IMG/VR virus record: IMGVR_UViG_3300047409_000439
Coordinates: 1-63,781 of that record
Origin: a virus
Lineage: Duplodnaviria; Caudoviricetes
Length of the DNA stretch: 63,781 nucleotides
Strand: one strand, 5' to 3'
The translations under genes and the position numbers were made by a program. Shown one piece after another: positions 1 through 8,385 of this stretch; the stretch's first letter is position 1, and each line of letters starts with the position of its first letter. Under the pieces are notes generated by a model. That model saw only the letters and a program-made list of their open reading frames with translations, was not told where the DNA came from and searched no databases.

Positions 1-112
1 CGTCGATGCCTATTACATCATGCAGGAGGACCGCAAGCGCTCCTACAATCAAGAGCGGGCGCTGATTGCCTCCGCCGAACCGCACGACATCATCTCCTGG
101 TTCGCCGCCCAG
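1..112. repeat. Terminal direct repeat (circular assembly overlap), copy 1
   Basis: Bases 1-112 equal 63670-63781 except C110 vs G63779. Confidence 0.95.
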
Positions 113-727
113 AACAAGCATCTGGAGAAGCAGATCGCAGCGACGCTGGACTTGTACAGCGCTTCCAAGCCGGAAGGGGTCTGGGCACGAAGGCAATGCG
201 GTATCGGTCCCATCATCTCGGCGGGGCTGTTGGCGAACGTCAGTTTGTTCAAGCCCAACGGCGAGCGCGCGACAGCAGCCAACCTCTGGCGCTTTGCCGG
301 TATGGACCCGACGAGCAAATGGGAGAAGGGCAAGAAGCGGCCTTGGAACGCCTCGCTGAAAGTCTTGTGCTTCAAGATCGGGGACAGCTTCGTCAAGACC
401 TGCAACAACGAGGACAGCTACTACGGTCCCGTCTACAAGAAGCGCAAGGAGCTGGAGATCAGCAGGAACGAACAGTTCATGTTCAAGGAGCAAGCGGCTA
501 AAATTTTGGAGGTCAAGAAGATCGACAAGAAGACGGAAGCGTACAAAGCCTACATCCAGGGCAAGCTGCCCGACGCCCATATTCATGCCCGCGCCCGGCG
601 CTATGCCGTCAAGCTGTTCCTGTCGCACTACTTAGAGACAGCACAGCGGCTGCACGGCATCGAGCCCGCGATCCCATACATCATCGCGGTCGCCGGGCAC
701 GCCGATTACATTCCGCCGCCGCCCTGA
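1..727 (+). CDS. tasA: Nop-domain/IS110-like RNA-binding protein, TasA-like (3' part; gene starts at 63581 and crosses the junction, 271 aa total)
   Basis: IS110 C-terminal/Nop-like motifs GIGPIISAGLLA, LWRFAGMDP and HARARRYAVKLFLSH. No N-terminal DEDD RuvC domain and no HNH motif visible. Flanked on both sides by dual-repeat arrays. Confidence 0.85.
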   Translation, partial: VDAYYIMQEDRKRSYNQERALIASAEPHDIISWFAAQNKHLEKQIAATLDLYSASKPEGVWARRQCGIGPIISAGLLANVSLFKPNGERATAANLWRFAGMDPTSKWEKGKKRPWNASLKVLCFKIGDSFVKTCNNEDSYYGPVYKKRKELEISRNEQFMFKEQAAKILEVKKIDKKTEAYKAYIQGKLPDAHIHARARRYAVKLFLSHYLETAQRLHGIEPAIPYIIAVAGHADYIPPPP

Positions 728-1948
728 ACCAAAGAGATTGTGTCAAACCAAGTAGCTGGAGTGAACCAAAGTGAGAGTGTCAAACCAATGGATACGAGTG
801 AACCCCTACTGATGCGTCAAACCATATTGGCAGCGTGAACCAAGATGCCCGAGTCAAACCGAGAATCTTGCGTGAACCATTATCCTTGCGTCAAACCATA
901 TTGGCAGCGTGAACCAACATACGGGAGTTAAACCATATGTGCGGAGTGAACCAGTGCAACTGCGTCAAACCATGTTGTCCGCGTGAACCAAGTATCGCGT
1001 GTCAAACCTCTGAAGCGGAGTGAACCATAGCATACGTGTTAAACCGAGAATCTGGCGTGAACCAAAATGCGCGTGTCAAACCCAACAGCGCGGAGTGACC
1101 CATCCCCTCGGCGTCAAACCATGTCCTTAGCGGGAACCAGAATACGAGCGTCAAACCATAATCTCAGTGTGAACCATCTGATTGTGTCAAACCAATAGGA
1201 AGCGTGAACCAATGAGCAAGTGTCAACCCAAGTTGCGCGTGTGAACCAATTCAATTGCGTGAAACCATGTTTGACGAGTGAACCAGTGCTGGAGTGTCAA
1301 ACCAAATTGTGTGAGTGAACCATCGCGAGGATGTAAAACCAAAATACATGAGTGAACCATTGACGATGTGTCAACCCAAGAGACATGAGTGAACCGCCAT
1401 CGCAGCGTCAAACCAACATAATTGCGTGAGCCATCATCACAGCGTCAAACCATCATAGGAGTGCGAACCAAAATACATGTGTCCAACCAATCAGGAAGTG
1501 TGAACCAACCTATTTGCGTCAAACCAATCAATAAGCGTGAACCAACTTTCCTGTGTCAAACCAATCAGGAAGCGTGAACCAAGTTAAAGGAGTCAAACCA
1601 AGTGTACTGCGTGAACCAAACATGACGTGTCAAACCATGTTAACCGCGTGAGCCAAATTCGGTGCGTCAAACCAATGTTGTCGGCGCGAATCAACGATCC
1701 CCGCGTCAAACCAAAGTCCTTGTATGAGCCAAGATCACTGCGTCAAACCTAGAGCGCTGTGTGAACCATGTACAACGTGTCAAACCAAAGTACGAGTGTG
1801 AACCATAACTGGAGTGTCAAACCAAAGAACGAGTGTGAACCGCAATACCGGCGTTAAACCATAGAGGAGGAGTGAACCAAATCACCGGGGTCAAACCAAC
1901 CCTATCGCGTGAACCAAGATTGCCGTGTCAAACCAAATTGCTTGTGTG
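725..1948 (+). ncRNA. TIGR-like dual-repeat guide array 2 (33 units of ~37 nt)
   Basis: GTCAAACC cores at 742, 779, 816 ... 1890, 1927 (period 37, a few 36-39), alternating with GNGTGAACC and separated by variable ~9-nt spacers. Confidence 0.92.
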
Positions 1949-1962
1949 CAACGGAGACCATC

Positions 1963-2124
1963 ATGAAATTCGTATTCCTATTCGGCCTGCCAATTGTCCT
2001 AATCTTTTACCTTTTCGTCTTGATCAATGAGATTTCCAAAGGCGATTGGACAATGCTGATCATCACGGCTTTCCTGCTTATCGTGATCTACGCCAACGAC
2101 GATACGCCGTTCTCGGGAATTTGA
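1963..2124 (+). CDS. Small membrane protein (53 aa)
   Basis: AACGGAG RBS then ATG at 1963; two hydrophobic segments. Confidence 0.6.
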   Translation: MKFVFLFGLPIVLIFYLFVLINEISKGDWTMLIITAFLLIVIYANDDTPFSGI

Positions 2125-2126
2125 GC

Positions 2127-3164
2127 ATGACAGACTGGCAGCGTATCCTGACCCAGCACGGCATTCCCTTCGCCGACAAAGGCCGCAACCTGTATGTCAA
2201 ATGCGTCTTCTGCGGCACGGCGGACGAGGGCCAGCATCTCGGCATCAGCACGACGGGACGGGGCTGGGGCTGCTGGCGCAACGCCAAGCACCGGGGCAAG
2301 TCGGAAGTCCGGCTGCTCGCCGCCCTGCTGCGGGTCGATCCGCTGCGGGCCGCAGCCTTACTGGGGAGGCCCGCTGGCGGGCCGGTCGCGGACCTGGACC
2401 TGGGCGGCAGCGTCCGGCGTTTGCTGGCTGACGCGCCTCCGGAGGCTGCGGGCGAGGCGCTCAGCCTGCCGCCCGAGATCAAGCCGCTCTCCGGGAGCCG
2501 GACCTGGGAACGCGGCATCTTCCTGGACTACCTCAAGGACCGGGGCTACCAGCCCAAGGATGTCTGGCTGCTGTGCGAGGAATTTCACCTGCACTACGCC
2601 ATGACAGGTCCGTTCGCGTACCGCCTCGTGCTGCCGGTCTATGACGAGACCGGATTGAAAACCTGGACCGGACGCACCGTCAGCCAGAACACGCAGCCGC
2701 GTTACTTGACGCTCTCAACGCACGCGGACAGCAAGCTCGCGGAAGAAGGCATGCCGCTGGCGCGCGCGCCGATCACGGATATGCTGTTCCAGGAGGATCA
2801 TCTGTTCTCCGTACCGCAACAGACGCTCGTTGTCTGCGAAGGGCCGTTCGACGCCATGCGGGTCGCCTTCGCGCACCGACGACGCAGCGTGTCGGCGACC
2901 TGCCTGTTCGGCAAGGTCCTCTCGGATGTTCAATTCGACAAGCTGGCGCAGCTGGCGCAGTATAGCGACCATAAATTCCTGCTGCTCGATTCCGATGCCC
3001 GGTTATCCGCTTTCGGGCTCAATGACAGATTAAGCAGCCTGGGCTTTCATGCCATCCATCTGCCGGGAGAGTACAAGGACCCCGGCGACGAACGCCTCGG
3101 TTTCGCGGACCTGCGGGACTTGATCGAAGCCGAGATCGAGAAACATCAAGGGAGGACTATTTGA
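2127..3164 (+). CDS. DNA primase (Zn finger + TOPRIM)
   Basis: CVFC...H...CWR zinc-binding domain; TOPRIM motifs CEGPFDAM and LLDSD; start reassigned to MTDWQ. Confidence 0.85.
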   Translation: MTDWQRILTQHGIPFADKGRNLYVKCVFCGTADEGQHLGISTTGRGWGCWRNAKHRGKSEVRLLAALLRVDPLRAAALLGRPAGGPVADLDLGGSVRRLLADAPPEAAGEALSLPPEIKPLSGSRTWERGIFLDYLKDRGYQPKDVWLLCEEFHLHYAMTGPFAYRLVLPVYDETGLKTWTGRTVSQNTQPRYLTLSTHADSKLAEEGMPLARAPITDMLFQEDHLFSVPQQTLVVCEGPFDAMRVAFAHRRRSVSATCLFGKVLSDVQFDKLAQLAQYSDHKFLLLDSDARLSAFGLNDRLSSLGFHAIHLPGEYKDPGDERLGFADLRDLIEAEIEKHQGRTI

Positions 3165-3694
3165 GACCGGAACGCCTGCACCATATCGACAAGGGCATGA
3201 TGGCTTGGATCGAAAACACGGCGCGGAAGAACCGCTGGCGCTGTGCCGCCTGGATGGGCTTGGACGACCTGATCCAGGAAGGGTATTTCTGTTATGCCAA
3301 GGTGCAAGCCAGATACCCGGCCTCGCTCAGCCGGGCGCAGCGCATGGCCCTGGTCAAGACGGCGTATACCAACCGGCTGCACGATTTGAGCAAGGCCAAG
3401 ACCCGCCAGCTCGACGATCCTGTCCCGCTCCAGGACGGGCAGACCGTCGCCGACGCTCTGGAGACGCTGCTGCCCGGCGAACCCGAAGCGCAGACCTTCG
3501 GCGTGATGCTGTCCAGCCTGCCGCGCGAAATTCAAGAGATGCTGTCCATCCTCGTAACCGCCGCGCCGGACATGGTTTTCGCCAAGGGACGCCCGGAAGG
3601 GATCAACCGCTATCTCTGGCGCTTGATCGGGCAAGAACCCTGCGGCATCGATCTGTACAGCGCGTTCTGTAATCACTTCGGGCTCGTGCCATGA
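3161..3694 (+). CDS. Sigma-70 region 2-like putative phage transcription factor
   Basis: DDLIQEGYFCYAKV resembles the sigma region 2 DLxQE motif; GGAGG RBS before TTG. Confidence 0.5.
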   Translation: MRPERLHHIDKGMMAWIENTARKNRWRCAAWMGLDDLIQEGYFCYAKVQARYPASLSRAQRMALVKTAYTNRLHDLSKAKTRQLDDPVPLQDGQTVADALETLLPGEPEAQTFGVMLSSLPREIQEMLSILVTAAPDMVFAKGRPEGINRYLWRLIGQEPCGIDLYSAFCNHFGLVP

Positions 3695-3764
3695 CCTAGA
3701 CATATAGCCCAACCCTCTGATAGACATCTGCGTTTAACGAACGACAACACGAAGGAACTACCCT

Positions 3765-4559
3765 ATGACGACAAGTGCAGCGGAATTGGAGTTGCTCAAA
3801 CTTGCCAAGCTCAAGCCCTATAAGCGCGGCGACCGGCAGGCCTTCCTGACCGATTTGCTCAACGGCTGCGACAAAACCCTCGACGCCATGAGCAAAATTG
3901 ACGCCAACAAGGCGTATGATGCGTTATCGGTCGAGGCCAAGGAATGGTATCAGAGCTGCATCGACCGCCAGGACGCCAATCCGGAGGCCGAACTTCCCGA
4001 GTTCGAACTGGAAACGGAAGACGAGGACGAGGAGGAAGATGAGCGGGCTGACGCTGACGATAACGCCGCTGACGGCGACGGGGGCGATGCTCTCGATATT
4101 CCCTTCAATGCCGATGACGACGAGCCGGTCGCCAAGAAGCGCCCCGGCGTGCTGCAAGGGGCCAAGGCCAAGCTCAAAGCCAAGCCCAAAGCCCCCGAGG
4201 CTCCGGGCCGTTCCCGCTTCGCGGCCAAAAAGCCGGAAGCGAAGCCCGAGGCAGCCCGTCCCCGAGGATGGGTAGGCAGAGAGATCGTCAAGGAGAAGCA
4301 GCAAGCCGGTAAGCCTGCTGCTGCCGCTGCCGCCAACGGCAAGAGCGCCCTCGGCAAGCGCGGCCAAGGCATGATCGAAGCGGCGATCCCGACGCTCTGG
4401 AAGCACCCGAGCGACTCGATCCCGAACCTGCGCCTGCGTCTGGAAAAGAAGAACATCATGCTGAGCGAGGTCACGATTGGACAAACCCGCCGCGATCTTA
4501 TCCGCAGCACCAAGTTCTTCGTCGCCGCAGGCTTGCTGCCGAAGAACCCGTTCGTCTGA
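3765..4559 (+). CDS. Hypothetical protein with acidic and Lys/Ala-rich regions
   Basis: AAGGA RBS; long ORF in operon orientation. Confidence 0.7.
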   Translation: MTTSAAELELLKLAKLKPYKRGDRQAFLTDLLNGCDKTLDAMSKIDANKAYDALSVEAKEWYQSCIDRQDANPEAELPEFELETEDEDEEEDERADADDNAADGDGGDALDIPFNADDDEPVAKKRPGVLQGAKAKLKAKPKAPEAPGRSRFAAKKPEAKPEAARPRGWVGREIVKEKQQAGKPAAAAAANGKSALGKRGQGMIEAAIPTLWKHPSDSIPNLRLRLEKKNIMLSEVTIGQTRRDLIRSTKFFVAAGLLPKNPFV

Positions 4560-4584
4560 GTTTCATCCGTATAACTCTCATCTG

Positions 4585-4617
4585 GAGCCCTCGTAAGCCG
4601 ACCGCTTACGGGGGCTC
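4585..4617 (+). terminator. Intergenic hairpin (terminator or processing stem)
   Basis: GAGCCCTCGTAAGC/GCTTACGGGGGCTC 14-bp stem with one G-U pair; no strong U-tract. Confidence 0.45.
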
Positions 4618-4646
4618 AAGTATGTTTAGGCTAAAGAGGATTTCCG

Positions 4647-5702
4647 ATGAAGCTGGACCGCGCGCCGTTCTTGCAGGCCGTGACGCTCTGCAAGCCTGCG
4701 ATAGCCGACAAATCGATCATTCAGGAACTGACCTTCCTGTTCTCGGACGGCGCGACCCTGACCGCGTACGACGATGTCATCGGCATCCAGGTTCCCTTCG
4801 CCAGCGGCCTCGTCGGCGGGGTCAAGGGCACGCTGCTGCTCGGCATGCTGGAGAACGCAACGGCCAAGCAGATCGAGATCGAACAGGACAACCCGGACGA
4901 GGTCTTGCTCAAATCCGGACGCTTCCGCGTCACGCTGGCGCTGCTGCCCGCCGACCGGGCGGTGTACCAGCTGCCCAAGGGCAAGGCCAAGCCCTTCCGC
5001 CTGTCCCTGAGCTTCTATGAGGCGCTCAAAGCCTGCCTGCCCGCTCTCAGCAGCAAGGCCGTGCTCCCGGACCAGCTCGGCATCTCCATCGCGCTGCATG
5101 ACAGCTTGCGGTTCTTCGCGACCGATTCGAATACCATGGCCTTCGCGACGATGAAGCACAATTGCGATCAATGGCCCTTCAAGCAAGGCTTGCGGGTCAT
5201 CCTGCCTGCTGCCTTCGCCAAGCAGCTGATCGACATCGGCACGGACGGGACGACCCTATATCTGACCGCGAACGAGGCTCTCGCCGAAACCGATAAAGGT
5301 ATCAAGCTGTTCTCCCGCCTGATCTTCAGCCCCAAGCCGCATGACTTTCAGCGTACGCTGGAGGCCGAGATGAAATCCGTCCAATTGTTCACCATCCCGC
5401 CCCGCCTGGAGACCATGCTGGACCGCGCCTTGCTGATCTTCGAGCATCACCCGGAGAAGCTGATCGCGGCCCAGCTCCAGATCAAGGACGGGACTTTGCG
5501 CGTAGCGGCGAAGACCAAGCATGAAGCATTGAACGACAGCACCAAACTGGACGAGATACCGCAGGACAAGACCGCGCTCGTCGTGCCCAAACGCCTCAAG
5601 CGCGTCCTGCCGCTGGCGGAGCGCATGGGCCTCACCGAAAACGGCGTTGTCCTGACCGGCAAGAACGTGATCTATCTGGTCGCCAATCATAGCGAGGCAT
5701 GA
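4647..5702 (+). CDS. DNA polymerase III beta-like sliding clamp
   Basis: 351 aa; beta-clamp-like N-terminus, FFATDS and VILPAAFAKQL segments; adjacent to polymerase and clamp loader. Confidence 0.7.
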   Translation: MKLDRAPFLQAVTLCKPAIADKSIIQELTFLFSDGATLTAYDDVIGIQVPFASGLVGGVKGTLLLGMLENATAKQIEIEQDNPDEVLLKSGRFRVTLALLPADRAVYQLPKGKAKPFRLSLSFYEALKACLPALSSKAVLPDQLGISIALHDSLRFFATDSNTMAFATMKHNCDQWPFKQGLRVILPAAFAKQLIDIGTDGTTLYLTANEALAETDKGIKLFSRLIFSPKPHDFQRTLEAEMKSVQLFTIPPRLETMLDRALLIFEHHPEKLIAAQLQIKDGTLRVAAKTKHEALNDSTKLDEIPQDKTALVVPKRLKRVLPLAERMGLTENGVVLTGKNVIYLVANHSEA

Positions 5703-5705
5703 CGC

Positions 5706-8270
5706 ATGGGCTGGTTCGCAAGCGGCATCGGAGCCGCACGGCGGCACAACAAGGAACCGTCACTGGCATTGCTGCATCGCTTGCAATGCCGCATCTGTCC
5801 CTTGGACAAGCTCAAGGAGAACCGGCATCCGCACATTCCGGCGCAAGGCGCGGAACGGCCTTTGATCTATGTGCTCGGCGAAGCGCCGGGCCGGGACGAG
5901 GACCGGGACAATCAGCAATTCATCGGCGCGTCCGGACAGGTCCTGCGCGAGGAATTGCCGGAGTATCTCTTGCCGCAAATCCGCTGGAACAACGTCGTAC
6001 GGACCCGGCCCAAGGATAACGAAGACCCGACCCCCATCGAGATCGAATGCTGCCGTCCTTCCGTCGCCGGAGACATCGCTGCGAGCAAGCCCAAGGCGAT
6101 CCTCGGCTTCGGCAACATCGCCTTGAAATGGGCAACGCAGCATTCCGGCATCATGACCTGGAGGGGCAGGAGAACGCCGGTCAACATCGACGGGCATGTC
6201 TGCTGGTATTATCCCATGCAGCATCCCGCCTCGATCCTGCACGAGCCGCACGAGGCCAAGAAGGACAGCCTGCATCGCGTCTTCAGATCGGACTTGGCCA
6301 AAGCCATCGCCGAGATCGACAGCCTGCCGGAGCCCGAAGTGCATGACCGCGAGGTTGCCGGATACGGCGTCGAATTCGCCTACGGCAACAAGGAAGGCGA
6401 TCTGCAACGGGTCGAAAGTCAGCTGCGCTGGGCCATGAAGCAGGAGGAGGTTGGGCTCGACCTTGAAACCAAGGGCTATCGTCCGTATGCGGAAGGGTCC
6501 AAGATATTGACCCTGGCCATCGGCTCCCGCGACAACAGTTTCTCCGTCGCGCTCGGGCATAAGCAGGCCAAATGGAGCCGCTCCGACCTCAAGCACTTGC
6601 GCGACTTGATCCGGGAATTCCTGCACAGCAAGGTGCGCAAGATCGTGCATTTCCTGCGCTTCGAAATGGAATGGCTCGCCGACCGCTATGGCTGGGACGT
6701 TGTCTATGCCGGGCGTTGGGGCGGCACGGAGACCCAAGCCGCCGTCATCGACGAGCGCTCCGGCGCGATGTCGCTGGATTTCCTCGTGCAGCAATATTTC
6801 GGCTTCGATCTGAAGGCCTTATCGCCGCTGAACAAGCTCCAGCTCGATAACGAGCCCATCGAGGACGTGCTCAGCTACAATGCGATGGACGCCAAATATC
6901 ATTATCTGCTCTGGCAGATGCAGAACGAGATCATCAAGCAGCGCAAGTTCGAGCATCTCTATGACGAGATGATCGCTCGCGTGCCGTCCTGCGTCCTGAC
7001 GCAATTACGCGGCATCCCGGTCAATCCGCAGATCGCGGCGACGCTGGCAACCAAATACGAGCAGCAGATCGAGGCCGCCCGCGCCGATGTCATGGCCGCG
7101 CCGCAGCTCAAGCAATTCCGCAGGCATTATGCAAAGGAAGGGATCAAGGAGTTCAAGCCGCTCTCCGACGATCATTGCGTCAAGCTATTCCGTCATGTCC
7201 TCGGCTACAATGAAGGCCTGTCGAAGCTGCCGGGGCGGGATCATAAATTCGCCGTCGATGAAGAAGTTCTGAAGCAGATCGGATTGCCCATCTGCTTTGA
7301 CATCCTGCGTCTGCGCAAGGCCTCGAAGCGCCTGAGCACCTATATCTACCGCAACAACGAGAAGAAGACGATTGTCTGGCCCGATGGGCTGCTGCATCCC
7401 AATTTCAATACCGTCAAGGTGCGGACCAAGCGCCTCTCCGCCGACGAGCCGAACTGCCAGAACATCCCCAAGCGCGACGAAGACGGCAAGGAAGTGCGCG
7501 CCCAGATCGAAGCTCCGGAAGGTCTGCTGCTTTGTTCCGCCGACCATGGCCAGATACAGGCACGCGGCATCGCCATGTCCTCCCAAGATAAACAATTCTG
7601 TCAAGCCTTATGGGAACGCTTCGACGTGCATGGCTATTGGGCCGAACGCATTGCCAAGGCCTATCCGCGCCGCGTCGATAACGTCACCAATTTCAAGGAC
7701 GAGGCGGGCAAGAAGGTGCTGAAGAAATTCCGTGCCGACATCAAGAACCAATGGACCTTTCCGCTGTTCTTCGGAGCCCGCATGGAGCGGGTCGCCGAGG
7801 AACTGCATATTCCGGTCAATGTCATAGAGCCGGAATTCAACGCCTTCGAAAAGATGTTCGCCGGGGTCTTTCAATGGCACGAGGAGTTGATCAGATTCTA
7901 CAACCGCAATGGCTACGTCGAAGACCTCTTTGGCTTCCGCCATCATGCGCCCCTATCCAAGAACGAGATCATCAATTCGCCCATTCAAAGTCTGGAGGCG
8001 CTGTTCGTCATGCGCGGCATGAACCAGCTCTCGCGTCATGCCGCGCAAACCGGGGATTGGCATTATCAGCCCATCGCGCAAATCCATGACGACCTGACTT
8101 TCCTCTTGCCAGAGAGTAACATCGATGTATATGTACAGAAGATCGTCACCGAGATGTTGAACGTGACCTTTCCCTGGGTCAACATCCCGATGACCTTGGA
8201 AGTCGCGATAGGCCCGAACCTGTTGGACATGAAAGAATGTCTGGTTGCCTCAAGCGACGATTGGAAGTAA
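5706..8270 (+). CDS. polA: Family A DNA polymerase with N-terminal uracil-DNA glycosylase-like domain and 3'-5' exonuclease
   Basis: UDG family 4 motifs GEAPGRDED..FIGASG and HPASILH; exonuclease DLET and YNAMDA; polymerase RLSADEPNCQNIP, ADHGQIQAR, INSPIQS, IHDDL. Confidence 0.92.
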   Translation: MGWFASGIGAARRHNKEPSLALLHRLQCRICPLDKLKENRHPHIPAQGAERPLIYVLGEAPGRDEDRDNQQFIGASGQVLREELPEYLLPQIRWNNVVRTRPKDNEDPTPIEIECCRPSVAGDIAASKPKAILGFGNIALKWATQHSGIMTWRGRRTPVNIDGHVCWYYPMQHPASILHEPHEAKKDSLHRVFRSDLAKAIAEIDSLPEPEVHDREVAGYGVEFAYGNKEGDLQRVESQLRWAMKQEEVGLDLETKGYRPYAEGSKILTLAIGSRDNSFSVALGHKQAKWSRSDLKHLRDLIREFLHSKVRKIVHFLRFEMEWLADRYGWDVVYAGRWGGTETQAAVIDERSGAMSLDFLVQQYFGFDLKALSPLNKLQLDNEPIEDVLSYNAMDAKYHYLLWQMQNEIIKQRKFEHLYDEMIARVPSCVLTQLRGIPVNPQIAATLATKYEQQIEAARADVMAAPQLKQFRRHYAKEGIKEFKPLSDDHCVKLFRHVLGYNEGLSKLPGRDHKFAVDEEVLKQIGLPICFDILRLRKASKRLSTYIYRNNEKKTIVWPDGLLHPNFNTVKVRTKRLSADEPNCQNIPKRDEDGKEVRAQIEAPEGLLLCSADHGQIQARGIAMSSQDKQFCQALWERFDVHGYWAERIAKAYPRRVDNVTNFKDEAGKKVLKKFRADIKNQWTFPLFFGARMERVAEELHIPVNVIEPEFNAFEKMFAGVFQWHEELIRFYNRNGYVEDLFGFRHHAPLSKNEIINSPIQSLEALFVMRGMNQLSRHAAQTGDWHYQPIAQIHDDLTFLLPESNIDVYVQKIVTEMLNVTFPWVNIPMTLEVAIGPNLLDMKECLVASSDDWK

Positions 8271-8346
8271 CGGGGTGTAGCTCAGTTGGCAGAGCAGGCG
8301 GCATATAACCGTCAGGTCGCCGGTTCGAACCCGGCCATCCCTACCA
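8271..8346 (+). tRNA. tRNA with anticodon TAT (Ile, AUA-reading), atypical A33 and C1:U72
   Basis: 76-nt cloverleaf: D arm GCTC/GAGC, anticodon stem GGCGG/CCGTC with loop CATATAA, T arm GCCGG-TTCGAAC-CCGGC, encoded CCA. Confidence 0.85.
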
Positions 8347-8385
8347 TCGCTGTCCATGACCCTGCATACACGGGAGTTCTTGTCT

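Noticed and set aside
1-727. IS110 transposase / insertion sequence
   Set aside because: The full 271-aa protein lacks the DEDD RuvC domain and the catalytic Ser loop; its flanks are guide arrays, not IS ends
861-1054. Spacers GAGAATCTT/G as guides against the phage's own operator GAGTATCTC
   Set aside because: Only 7/9 identity, and neither neighbouring spacer matches the operator flanks
1223-1411. ORF on the minus strand of the array, and the GTG-start extension 1909-1962
   Set aside because: Chance read-through of repeat sequence with no RBS; the real start is likely 1963
725-1948. CRISPR array
   Set aside because: Repeats are only 9-10 nt, come in two alternating types with 9-nt spacers, are not palindromic, and no cas genes are present
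8271-8346. tRNA as an attP or prophage boundary
   Set aside because: No integrase and no second copy of the tRNA 3' end seen; phage genes continue on both sides
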